Assembly: GCA_002269645.1 (NCBI GenBank)
Contig: NIVC01001086.1
Span: 25,030-89,029, forward strand
Direction of reading: 5' to 3'
Length of the DNA: 64,000 nt
Source: Macrostomum lignano
Taxonomy: Eukaryota
This document shows positions 1-20,031 of this stretch, piece after piece. Position 1 is the stretch's first letter. Each line of letters begins with the position of its first letter. A program made the translations under genes and the position numbers. The notes below the pieces were generated by a model that saw only the letters and a program-made list of their open reading frames with translations, was not told where the DNA came from and made no database searches.

Positions 1-325
1 GAGAGTAGAGAGGAGGGAGAGGAGAGAGCAGGGAGAGGAGAGAGCAGGGAGAGGAGAGAGCAGGGAGAGGAGAGAGCAGGGAGAGGAGAGAGCAGGGAGA
101 GTAGAGAGCAGGGAGAGTAGAGAGCAGGGAGAGTAGAGAGCAGGGAGAGTAGAGAGCAAGGAAGAGGAGAGAGCAGGGAGAGTAGAGAGCAGGGAGAGTA
201 GAGAGCAGGGAGAGTAGAGAGCAGGGAGAGTAGAGAGCAGGGAGAGTAGAGAGCAGGGAGAGGAGAGAGCAGGGAGAGTAGAGAGCAGGGAGAGTAGAGA
301 GCAAGGAAGAGTAGAGAGGGGGAGA
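1..325. repeat. 16-bp purine-rich tandem repeat (AGAGCAGGGAGAG[T/G]AG)n
   Basis: About 20 near-identical 16-bp units read directly from the sequence; the array runs off the window start. Confidence 0.95.
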
Positions 326-715
326 GTAGAGAAGCTCAACTGAGCAGGCTGAAGTGAACGGCTCGCCATTAACAAGCAGCAGGCCGTGTACTTTAAGTTG
401 CGGGCCCATTTCACTCGTATAAATAGGCGCAAATTTCCCAGAGCCTGGTCTCAGAGAAACTTGAAGCAATTATTGCCAGATCGCAGTGAAGCGGTAAAGT
501 ATTTCAAAAGCAAACAACTTCTCACACAGTATTATTTGTACTTGTGTAAAAAAGTTAAGCTTATTCTCAAAGTTCGCTCACAGTAACGACAAGATTGCTT
601 TTCTAGGGCAGTAATAATTAAACGCAAGCAGAAAATTTTTCAAAGCGCCGCTCTGTTAAACTACTTAGAGTAGAAAGTGTTGTAACTTTCCGAACTAAAG
701 GTAGGAGAATTTCAG

Positions 716-10819
<10,104 letters not shown>

Positions 10820-11905
10820 TTTAAGTGAGGGTTAGAGTTTGTATAAGTTAGGAAGAACTCTGCTTATTTGAACTGATACTTCGAATTCCCAATCCGACCC
10901 TGCCTAGGGAGGTAAAGTTAAATTCTGCGCCGCGATAATAAAAATGTCTTGATAGAGCATTAAAACAAAATAAAAAACATTCGCAATTTCTTGATTATAT
11001 TGTTAAGTTTTCTGCTAAGACTCATATTTTTCATTAACTAGGTTTTTTCCTCTGCTTTTTCGATAGAACTAGAGTATTGTCGTAAATTTATGTGCGCTAG
11101 CCGCTGCTGCGTTTTACCGCCAGGCAAAAAAGTCCCAACACATGGTGGGCTATCACATAAACAGTTGATCCCTCTGAATGCTGTACACAAATCTGCGTGT
11201 GAAGTTCGAATAATTCCATAAAGTTCGACCGATTCGATGATACTGATGCGATCGACGGGATCACAGACTAATATAAACTGAATTGCTGCGAGGATTATTC
11301 TATTTCGTTTGCGTAAATGCAATCAAAGATCGCTGGAGTATCGGTATAGTGGTTAATACTTTTCGCAGGAACCCAACAATACTCGAATGGTCCTTGAATG
11401 CAATCTGAGTGGGTGTTTTCCAATGCAATTCTAGAATATTCCTAACCAGGGAGTTACATATGCAATATTCCTATTCCTATATGCAACAGTCCAACTAAAA
11501 CTGCTGTACTTTGCTTTCGATTTACATGTACCACTGCATATACAATCGATTTGGCAAAAAATGGCAAATAATATATAATATTTTTATGTAGTAGACAATA
11601 TATCAATATCTGATTTTAGTTTAATTGATCGACGTTTGCCAAATCAAAATATATAGCTATACATATCGCTGAAGTGAATTGAAAGAAATAAAAACAGTTT
11701 ATAGCTAATCCTTGGATCGAGTGAACTGTGCAAGCCCATTACAATCACCAAAACTTGTCTTCCAAAGCGTTGCACGAGTGTGCCACAGCTGGCGTGTCGC
11801 CTGGAGTTAGGTCGTACGGTTCCCCCATTGTGCTCATTGATTTTTCATGAAGCCCGGTATGGCGGAGTAGCTTAACTATATCCTTACAGATCTCTGCTCA
11901 ACGGA

Positions 11906-11978
11906 GCCTCCATAGCTCAGTGGCTAGAGCACTGGTCTTGTAAACCAGGAGTCGGGAGTTCGATCCTCCCTGGGGGCA
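11906..11978 (+). tRNA. trnT-TGT: tRNA-Thr(TGT)
   Basis: 73-nt cloverleaf: acceptor GCCTCCA/TGGGGGC, D arm GCTC/GAGC, anticodon arm CTGGT-CTTGTAA-ACCAG, T arm GGGAG-TTCGATC-CTCCC, and a T-run terminator just downstream. Confidence 0.96.
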
Positions 11979-12219
11979 GCCGCTTTTACCCTTTTTACTT
12001 TGTTTTAATTAAATTCCTACCACTCGACGTAATGAAGAAATTCAAGGATATTGAATGAACTGTAGGTACCTGCACTGCAATAACTTATTGACAAACTCTA
12101 TCGGCCGAAGGCAATTTGTAGTAGCATTTTATAATTCTAATGAATATTAATTTCAGTTTTAAACAACACAAAGTTATAATTTAAAAAAAGAAAAATAATT
12201 TAAATTTATAAAAAAATTC

Positions 12220-12274
12220 TGCCTCTGGGGAGGATCGAACTCCCGACCCCTGGTTTACTAGACCAGTGCTCTAG
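12220..12274 (-). pseudogene. 3' part of tRNA-Thr(AGT), split by the LTR retrotransposon
   Basis: The minus strand reads CTAG AGCA CTGGT-CTAGTAA-ACCAG GGGTC GGGAG-TTCGATC-CTCCC CAGAGGC A followed by a T7 terminator. It joins 20457-20474 to give a 73-nt tRNA. Confidence 0.93.
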
Positions 12275-12695
12275 TGTAACGGTTTGGAAATTCTGTAATT
12301 CAAATCTAGTTTATTAACATGGTGTATTTTAACTTTATTCAAATCCTTAGCTGTTTAGATTACGTGCGTAATTATTCTAGGGTTTTGATATTACGTATTT
12401 TGTTAATTTGGTTTCCGTTTCCAAGAAATGCGACTCATAATTTTAACATGTAAGTTCTAGTCTTTTTCTGTAAGCGTGTGGCAGCCTGGGACGTAGATCA
12501 ACCTAGCATGTACGTGAGATACAATAATTATAATCAGAGCCGATCACCAGTGTACGCATTCATACTAAGACAGTAAGATTTCTTATGCTCCGAGTATAGT
12601 AAATCGTCCAGGACTGACAGACGTATCTGCTGAACCATATACGTTGCTAATACTCTCTCTTCGCTAGTAATATTAAATATACCGGACTCGTTACA
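12275..12695 (+). repeat. 5' LTR
   Basis: 421 bp with TG...CA ends and a 7-bp terminal inverted repeat; direct repeat of 20032-20452. Confidence 0.97.
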
Positions 12696-12701
12696 TCAAT
12701 T

Positions 12702-12714
12702 TGGAGGTCCCACC
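12702..12714 (+). promoter_or_regulatory. Primer-binding site complementary to the tRNA-Gln 3' end
   Basis: TGGAGGTCCCACC, 6 nt after the 5' LTR, is the reverse complement of GGTGGGACCT-CCA, the metazoan tRNA-Gln 3' terminus as recalled from known sequences. Confidence 0.8.
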
Positions 12715-13330
12715 ACCGAACTCTTCATATCAGTCATCATCATCAGGCGTCCGTCAGCATTCAGGCTCCCATCCTCATCAGGCACTGCGACACGAGAATT
12801 TTGGCCGGGTACACAATAGCCATCTGCAACCGCAACCAGGTCCTACACTACAGTATTGCGGCGAGGCTGAGGCAGCACAATTTCGTTTCAACTTGTCTAA
12901 AACCGCGTGAGTCAGCTCTACATCTAGACCCAAGGCCAAGCGAAAACAGTCAATACGCTCGTAGCTACGGCGCGTCAAAACCCCAGCCGGTCAACTCAGC
13001 GTAAACAACACTCAACTGTTCTGAGGTCCGTATAAGCTGCCGACTGAACCGCGAGACCACCACCCCAGCGGCAGCCACCCCTAAAGGCCACAGCCAATCC
13101 GGTCCAAGCGGCAGTACGGCAGGACGGCAGTCTGTACATTGTACTCCACGGCCAATAACCTCCAAGAGTTTCATCACAGTTGTGAGTGTGGTTGCTTCAT
13201 TTTGGGCTGTTTAGCTGAGCTTACCTGGCTGTTCAAAGGTGTGTACGCGTGTAGGTTTTTTTTTTTCTTCCTTTCCTCTCTGTAATCTTAGTCTTCACTT
13301 TGCACTGGCACACCTCTTTTTTCTCTCAAT

Positions 13331-15667
13331 ATGTCTGTAGAGCAATCAGCCACTGGAACTCAAGGCGCACCTCTGGTGGGTGAACCCATAAAGCTGCCTG
13401 AGACTGAGAAGGCTCAAAATGAAGCCGAGTTAAACCAAATTGCTACTGAGAGTAGCGTGGGTGCTATTTTAGGAAGTCTTGACAGAACGCTGGGCAACTT
13501 GGATGCTAAGCTTGACTATGCGAGAGTGCCTGAGGCAAAGCTGAAAGCCCCACCTTGCTACCACCCTAAAATCAGATTTGAGCTCTGGGAGACACAACTC
13601 CGGGCCTATTTAAGCGTTAACAGAGTTCAGCGGGAGCACTGTGGCGGTGTTCTTTTCTCTCTACTATCGCCAGAAGTCCAAGAGTTTTACTACAATAGCA
13701 AACTACAGGATCTAGCTTTTCCAGCAGCATTAGAAGCTCTCCGCGAGCGGTACACGGACTCTAGCAGTGCCGATAAATTTTACATTGAGCTGACAGTTGC
13801 CCACCAAGCTGATGGCGAAGGAATTCAAGAATTCTGTGACCGTCTTGTAGCCCTAGCCACCGCATCCAAAATTTCTGCTCCACACAGCGATCCATTGGTT
13901 CGGTCACGTTTTTGTTATGGAGTTCTAGACAAAAATCTAGCTGAGAAACTAATTACAATGACCCAGGAGTCACCCAAAGCAACCCTTCAAGACCTCCTGA
14001 AGAAAGCCAAAAGTTTTCTAGACATTCAGAAGCTGCTGAAACCGACTGAGACAAGCAAGATCCGGCAGTTAGAAGTAGACGAGATAAGCCGACTCAAAAA
14101 CAGGATCCAAGAACTTGAGACAGAAGCCAAGCAGAGGGGCAAGTTCGAACACGAATTTAATAGCCAGCCTACTGGGGGATTTAGACCACAGGCTTTGCAC
14201 ACTGCCACTGATAAACCACCGAGGTACAATGCGCCTATCACGGGCAGGCACGCAGGCAAGCGGCACTGCTTCAGGTGCGGTTCAGCTGATCACCTGGTAG
14301 CAGAGTGCCCTGGCTCAGGTGCACCTGAAAACGGTAAATTTTCATGGCGCCACCCGAGGCAGCCCACACAGAAAGGCTCAGCTAAAGTGGAAAAAGAGCT
14401 GGGTAGAATTTCCTACTGGTCAAATGCCTACGGATTCATCCAGTCTCTGCCTCTGGGAGATTCTGTTTTCGTACACTTCTCGCAGCTCAGCAGCGAGTTA
14501 AAGGATCTTGTCCCCGCCCATCAGATTGTCGGAGCGCCCGTAGAGTTTATCCGGCTAGCCGACAAGGGCAAGAAAAACGACCGTGCTGTTGATGTTGTGT
14601 GTAGTAACCAGGATGTCCGGTGCAGCCAAACCGTGTCTAGGGCAGAATCCTCCAGCTCCGGGTACTACCTGCAGGCCACTGTGGGAGACATTAAGCTGAT
14701 TGGGTGTCTAGATAGTGGTTCAAATGCGTCCATCATCAGCCCAGAAATTCGGGACAAACTGTTAGCAGCCGATCCTATCAATAATCGCTTCACGGCCGCA
14801 ACTACAGTGCAGTCAGCTTCGGGATTCAATGGTGCCTCCAGCCGAATCCTTGGCAAGTTAGTTTGCGAGGTTCAAGTAGCGAATGAGACAAAGCCGCACG
14901 TTTTCCTAGTCATAGAACACTCGATCTCCGACACTCTCTTTGGGATCGACTTCATGCGGAATTTCCAGATTAATTTATTGGTGGCAGAGGGTCGAGCGAC
15001 GGCTGGAGGTGAGCTTATTCCTGTCATCGAAGGGGACAGTAGCATCTTCCAAGTCAAGAGAGTGCTGGCGGCTTGCAATGTCGAACTCCCGCCCAGGTCG
15101 GAGACTCTAATCCCTGGGAGGGTGATAGACAGTCAGCCTAACACCTGCGGCTCCGTGGGTGGCAAGATTTTTGCGAACGACTCGAGCCTCTTAATGGCAC
15201 ACTCGGTAGACCAAGTAAACAGTTCCAATCACATCTTGCTGCGGGTCTTAAACACCAGTGAAGAACCAGTATCACTCAGAAGAGAAGATGAAATAGGATC
15301 CTTCCAGCAGTTGGGGCCAAACGAGACAATCAGTAAAACTTCAATTTCTGAAAAAGACTTTAAAATCGAAAACACTGATCAGCTCCTTAGAAAACTCAAT
15401 CAGCTGCCTAGTCCAGATGAAGGTACAGCGAAGTGGCTATCAAACCAGTTTCGCCTAACGGAGTCCAAACTCAGCGAGGAACAGTTGGGAACTACACTGA
15501 AAATGCTTAACTATTTCTTAAGTCAAATCTCTCGTAGTGAGCACGATATCTCGAGAACCCAATTGCATGAACTAGCTATCGAACTAAAGACCCTAGCTGT
15601 AGGCCGATCACGCAGCCATCACGCCGCACCACCCCGGCTCAAAAAGATTTCCTTGACAAATATATAG
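13331..15667 (+). CDS. gag: Gypsy Gag - CCHC knuckle - cold-shock domain - aspartic protease - dUTPase-like linker
   Basis: Capsid-like helices (FELWETQL..., Q..GE.IQEFCDRL), CX2CX4HX4C knuckle CFRCGSADHLVAEC (14267-14308), CSD-like GRISYWSNAYGFI...VFVHFSQL (14393-14599), and protease LDSGSNASII (DSG at 14711). Confidence 0.93.
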   Translation: MSVEQSATGTQGAPLVGEPIKLPETEKAQNEAELNQIATESSVGAILGSLDRTLGNLDAKLDYARVPEAKLKAPPCYHPKIRFELWETQLRAYLSVNRVQREHCGGVLFSLLSPEVQEFYYNSKLQDLAFPAALEALRERYTDSSSADKFYIELTVAHQADGEGIQEFCDRLVALATASKISAPHSDPLVRSRFCYGVLDKNLAEKLITMTQESPKATLQDLLKKAKSFLDIQKLLKPTETSKIRQLEVDEISRLKNRIQELETEAKQRGKFEHEFNSQPTGGFRPQALHTATDKPPRYNAPITGRHAGKRHCFRCGSADHLVAECPGSGAPENGKFSWRHPRQPTQKGSAKVEKELGRISYWSNAYGFIQSLPLGDSVFVHFSQLSSELKDLVPAHQIVGAPVEFIRLADKGKKNDRAVDVVCSNQDVRCSQTVSRAESSSSGYYLQATVGDIKLIGCLDSGSNASIISPEIRDKLLAADPINNRFTAATTVQSASGFNGASSRILGKLVCEVQVANETKPHVFLVIEHSISDTLFGIDFMRNFQINLLVAEGRATAGGELIPVIEGDSSIFQVKRVLAACNVELPPRSETLIPGRVIDSQPNTCGSVGGKIFANDSSLLMAHSVDQVNSSNHILLRVLNTSEEPVSLRREDEIGSFQQLGPNETISKTSISEKDFKIENTDQLLRKLNQLPSPDEGTAKWLSNQFRLTESKLSEEQLGTTLKMLNYFLSQISRSEHDISRTQLHELAIELKTLAVGRSRSHHAAPPRLKKISLTNI

Positions 15668-18600
15668 AACAGCTAGTGGAGCAGGGCATAGTAGAAGAGT
15701 GTGATTCCGAGTGGGCCTCACCAATTGTCTTAGTCAAAAAGAAGGACCAGTCTTACAGAATGTGTGTTGACTACAGAGCGGTCAACAAGCTAATAAAGCC
15801 GTGTAGCTTTCCGCTCCCATTAATGGATGAAACGTTTGATAGCCTTGCCGACTCTACCATCTTTTCAACACTAGATTTAACAAGTGCATACTGGCAGGTA
15901 GGAATTAGAGAGCAAGACCGAGACATTACGGCTTTTTCTTGCCCCCAGGGCACATTCCGTTGGCGAGTTGTGCCATACGGTATCAAAACGGCACCATCTA
16001 ACTTTGCTAAGCTGATGCACCGTGTGCTCAAACCCTTGCTGATGAGAGTTAGCCTCGTCTATCTTGACGACGTCATTATCAAAGCTCGAACTAGTAGCGA
16101 AATGATAACAAACCTAGCGCTGGTGTTTTGGCAACTACAAAAGGCAAACCTAAAAATTAAGCCAGCTAAATGCGAGCTTTTCAGGGAAAAACTAAAGTTT
16201 TTAGGATTTGTAGTATCGGCGGATGGAATCGAGACGGACCCCAGCAAAACAGAGGCCGTCCAGAGTTGGTGTAGGCCAAAGACAGGGAAACAACTCTTGT
16301 CATTCTTAAATTTTGCCAACTATTACCGTAAATTTGTGCCAAAATTCTCGATCATAGCAGCTCCACTGTACGCTATCGCTAACTCCGATAGGTTTCACTG
16401 GGAAGAAAAGCACGAAAAAGCTTTCAAACAGTTAAAGGACAGTCTCTGCAATCCTCCAACTCTGGCGTACCCGGATATGCGTCCAGAAGCCGGCCCCTTC
16501 GTGCTAGACTGTGACAGCTCTGGCCTGGGGGTGGGAGGAGTCCTGTCCCAAGTTGGCAAAGCTGGTAAAGAGCATGTGATAGCATTCGCTTCGAAGAAGT
16601 TCAACAATGCACAAAGAAATTATTGTGCAACAATGCGCGAGCTGCTCGGTTTGATTATCATGCTAGAGCAGTTCCGCACTTACCTCTTAGACAGGCCTTT
16701 CGTCGTCCGAACTGACGCCGTGGCGCTTAAATGGCTTCATTCCAAAAAACACGCTACGGGAATGCTAGCCCAGTGGCTTGTGATCCTAGAGCCTTACAAC
16801 TTTAGCGTTGAGCAGACGCCGCTGGAACGCTTGGCAGACTTTGACTTCTCCGTGGAACATAGGCCTGGGGAGAGCCACATTAATGCCGACATTCTCAGTC
16901 GCAATCCCAAATTCCGTCCGGACCATTTCGACTGCCCATCTTGCTCTCGTATTCCAGAGTTTCAGGCCAGGTTCGGATGCCAAAGTAGCGCCGTTAGAGC
17001 CGTTAAAATAGGCTGTGCTAAATTAGAAAAGCACGAGGCTTCGACTCAAACCGAAGGTACACACTTTTTAGATCAACCAACCATGTGTGAACCCACTAGG
17101 AATGATGACCACGGCAATGAGAGCCGGCTTGATAGTTGTCACTCAGTTAGCCAAGCGATCCAGACTGATCCATCAGGCACAAACCATAAAGAAACCTCTG
17201 AAGATAGCCAAATTCAAGTGACAAAACCTAAGGTTCAGGTGGCTAAAATTGCAACTAATTCTAACAATGACCAAAGTGCGAAGAGTGACAGAACGAGCGG
17301 TAGTCATTCCTTCCACATTGGAACCAGCCTAGCGAATCAAGCCGCTGATGATGCAAGCGAATTAAGCCTACCACAGAGTGAGGCTGATGAGAGAGTAGAT
17401 GTGGATTGGGTGACGCTGGCACAAGAGTCAAACGTAGATCTGCTGAGAATCAAGCAATCCGTAGCTGGCTCCGAACCGAAACTTAGCAAACAGGATATTC
17501 AAGATTGCAGTCGAGAAATTAAAACTCTCTGGGCTCTGTATAACGAACTGTCAGTTGAAAATGGCTTGCTCTACCGCACAAAGCCAGCGAGGAAGGGCAA
17601 ACCGAGTGTTAAGCAGTTGATAATTCCCTCGTCTGCAAATTTAGATGAACTAGTAATCAAGTACCATAGAGCGTGCAACCATTCAGGAGCCAATAAAACC
17701 ACGGCGGCATTGAAGGCACGTTTCTTGATCTTTGATCTGGAAACTTACGTAAGAGGTATCGTTGCCGAATGCGAAACTTGCGCCAGAGTTAAGAAAGGTA
17801 CAAAGAAGATTAGAGCCCCCCTGCAGCCTACCTTGGCAGGGTATCCCAATCAGGTGGTACACGTTGACCATTGTGGACCTTTTCCTGAATCTAATGGTAT
17901 GCGGTATCTTCTGGTGCTGATTGATCGTTTCACCAGCTTCGTCGAGATTGTCCCGGTGCCTGATGTCTCAGCAGGAACTACGGCGCTAGCCATCCTCACT
18001 GAATGGGTGGTAAGGTATGGGACGATGGAACAGATTGTCTCAGATAACGGCACTGCATTCATTAACGCTACGGTTGCCGAGTTGACTCGAATACTCGAAA
18101 TCGACATGGTTAGAATCACAGCGAGAAGACCACAGGCCAATGGCAAGGCCGAACGAGCTATCCAAACGATCAAAACCAAAGTTCGGGCAGTGTGTGCTGA
18201 TCGTAGAATAGGGTGGCCTTTGGCTGCTAAGCTTGTGGGGTTGTCGATCCGGACGACCGAATCCGAGTCTACCGGCTTCACGCCAGCAAAGTTGTTCTTC
18301 GGGAGAGAACTCGACATCCCCTTGGACCTCCAGTACAACCCACCACCAAGAGAATACTATGATCCGGAATCTTACGCACACACCCTGCACAAAGCCCTGG
18401 TCGAAACATCGGCTACGGCTCGCGCTTTGCGGGGAAAGGCCCAGAGAAGACAAAAGCGCTACTATGACAGAGCCGTTTTTAAACCTAACTTTGAAGTAGG
18501 TGAGCTGGTCTGGGTTCGAAACCCGGATCACAGAGGCCTTGACCCAGCAGTTTGGTTGGGACCATACCGCGTAGTTCAGCAAATATCCGAGCGCAACTAT

Positions 18601-19455
18601 CGGCTCCTGCCCGAATTTATTAGAGAAAATCCATTCATTCGAACTCCTAACCCGAGCCACAACATTTATAATGTAGACAGAATCAAAAAATGCATACGCA
18701 AGCCGAACTATCAAGACACCATTGACCGTTTCGGTCTAAAAATAACTGCACGGTTGCCGGAATCTCGTGTGGGAAATTGTGACGAGGACTCGCCAGCCTC
18801 GGATTCCAGCTCGGACTCCGACATGGAAGAGCGTGGATTACCTTACTTCCCAGTTGCAGGGCTGGGATCGAACCAGGTGCAGTCCAGTGAGAACCAGGTG
18901 CAGTCCAGTGAGAACCAGGTGCAGTCCAGTGAGAACCAGGTGCAGTCCGGCGAGAACCAGGTGCAGTCCAGTGAGAAACGGTTGCAGCCCGGTGAGACTT
19001 CGGTGTGTACAGGTGGAACCCAAGGACAACCGGTTGAGGACCTTGGTCAGCCAGTTTTGGACCTGTTGCAACCCAGAACAGAGTCTGGAGATTTTGTGCA
19101 GGAGCCAGATTTTTTAAGTGAAAAACACACTCAACACCGTGTGCCTGAAGTAGGTGGTAATAGTAGCACGAATCGACTCGAACAAGTCGAGGATGGCCAG
19201 GTTCCTTCAATCGGTGCGGAGGTAGAGATAGTGGGAGATAGAACGCGTGAGTTGCCTGGAACCGCCAGCCAAGGACAGAGGACGGAGCCAGCTGGCCAGC
19301 GTGAAACAGTGGAACCAGACCCATCGTTATCAGACAGAGTCAGTACTCGGGGCAGCATTTACACCACTCGAAGTGGCAGGGCGGTTCGGCCGCCAACCAG
19401 ATTTTTGCAGGTGCTTGCCGGGTTTTGCCACCGCTCCAATTCCAACAGTCTTTGA
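15589..19455 (+). CDS. pol: Gypsy Pol: reverse transcriptase, RNase H, integrase (HHCC, DDE, GPY) with a low-complexity tail
   Basis: WASPIVLVKKKD...RMCVDYR, PYGIKTAP, YLDD; RNase H LDCDSSG...RELL...TDAVAL; integrase H..CNH..CETC, VHVDHCGP...SDNG...NGKAER; WLGPYRV. The frame sits at -1 relative to gag from ~15589. Confidence 0.95.
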   Translation, partial: DPSCRPITQPSRRTTPAQKDFLDKYIEQLVEQGIVEECDSEWASPIVLVKKKDQSYRMCVDYRAVNKLIKPCSFPLPLMDETFDSLADSTIFSTLDLTSAYWQVGIREQDRDITAFSCPQGTFRWRVVPYGIKTAPSNFAKLMHRVLKPLLMRVSLVYLDDVIIKARTSSEMITNLALVFWQLQKANLKIKPAKCELFREKLKFLGFVVSADGIETDPSKTEAVQSWCRPKTGKQLLSFLNFANYYRKFVPKFSIIAAPLYAIANSDRFHWEEKHEKAFKQLKDSLCNPPTLAYPDMRPEAGPFVLDCDSSGLGVGGVLSQVGKAGKEHVIAFASKKFNNAQRNYCATMRELLGLIIMLEQFRTYLLDRPFVVRTDAVALKWLHSKKHATGMLAQWLVILEPYNFSVEQTPLERLADFDFSVEHRPGESHINADILSRNPKFRPDHFDCPSCSRIPEFQARFGCQSSAVRAVKIGCAKLEKHEASTQTEGTHFLDQPTMCEPTRNDDHGNESRLDSCHSVSQAIQTDPSGTNHKETSEDSQIQVTKPKVQVAKIATNSNNDQSAKSDRTSGSHSFHIGTSLANQAADDASELSLPQSEADERVDVDWVTLAQESNVDLLRIKQSVAGSEPKLSKQDIQDCSREIKTLWALYNELSVENGLLYRTKPARKGKPSVKQLIIPSSANLDELVIKYHRACNHSGANKTTAALKARFLIFDLETYVRGIVAECETCARVKKGTKKIRAPLQPTLAGYPNQVVHVDHCGPFPESNGMRYLLVLIDRFTSFVEIVPVPDVSAGTTALAILTEWVVRYGTMEQIVSDNGTAFINATVAELTRILEIDMVRITARRPQANGKAERAIQTIKTKVRAVCADRRIGWPLAAKLVGLSIRTTESESTGFTPAKLFFGRELDIPLDLQYNPPPREYYDPESYAHTLHKALVETSATARALRGKAQRRQKRYYDRAVFKPNFEVGELVWVRNPDHRGLDPAVWLGPYRVVQQISERNYRLLPEFIRENPFIRTPNPSHNIYNVDRIKKCIRKPNYQDTIDRFGLKITARLPESRVGNCDEDSPASDSSSDSDMEERGLPYFPVAGLGSNQVQSSENQVQSSENQVQSSENQVQSGENQVQSSEKRLQPGETSVCTGGTQGQPVEDLGQPVLDLLQPRTESGDFVQEPDFLSEKHTQHRVPEVGGNSSTNRLEQVEDGQVPSIGAEVEIVGDRTRELPGTASQGQRTEPAGQRETVEPDPSLSDRVSTRGSIYTTRSGRAVRPPTRFLQVLAGFCHRSNSNSL
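18870..18974 (+). repeat. 21-bp coding tandem repeat (NQVQSSE x5) in the integrase C-terminal tail
   Basis: GAACCAGGTGCAGTCCAGTGA repeated five times in frame. Confidence 0.95.
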
Positions 19456-20017
19456 TTTCCTTCTCTTTCCCTCCATTCGTTGTGTTGTCTCGCTTTGTTC
19501 TCTTCTTCCTTTTCTGTTCTTTGTTTTCCGTGCCAGTGCCAAGTTAGCCCTGAGTCTGCCGGTTGCGTTGCCGCCGGTGGGTTGTGTGTGTGTGGGGCGG
19601 CGTCCCGTCCGTGTGTTGGCTGGGTGAGCTCTGCTGCGCAGTTCGAATTGAAGTTCGTGCATTCCGATCCGTGGTGACGTTATTTTCGGTTCTGTGATTT
19701 GCTTTTGTCACTTAGCTCTCGGTTTCAGTTGTAATTATTAATTGTTATTTTACGTCCTTGCTTATAAAGTCTCAGTGATGCAATATTTTAATCCGTGCTA
19801 GCTACAGAATGTTACTTAAGGTCTTTTAAATCCCATGCAATATGCTCAATGACTTCTCAACATTCGTATACTTTCGGTGACGTCTACTTTGAATATTTCG
19901 TTCACTCCGTTCGTGTTCCCATTTTTGTGTCATTCAATTTCTGTTCGATGTGTTCGGTTAATAACGCTAATCATGTTAATAATGTTTCATGTAGTTTACT
20001 GCCAATAGGCTCGTTTT

Positions 20018-20031
20018 GGAAGGGAGGCGAG
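20018..20031 (+). promoter_or_regulatory. Polypurine tract
   Basis: GGAAGGGAGGCGAG abutting the 3' LTR. Confidence 0.85.

Noticed and set aside
11335-11400. GAGTATCGGTATAGTGGTTAATAC, a tRNA-like 5' half
   Set aside because: No anticodon or T-arm pairing and no B box could be built; at best a degenerate remnant.
18700-20031. Possible env ORF or chromodomain in the Gypsy 3' region
   Set aside because: The tail is low-complexity without chromodomain aromatic-cage residues; the 3' UTR has only short ORFs with no signal peptide plus TM layout.
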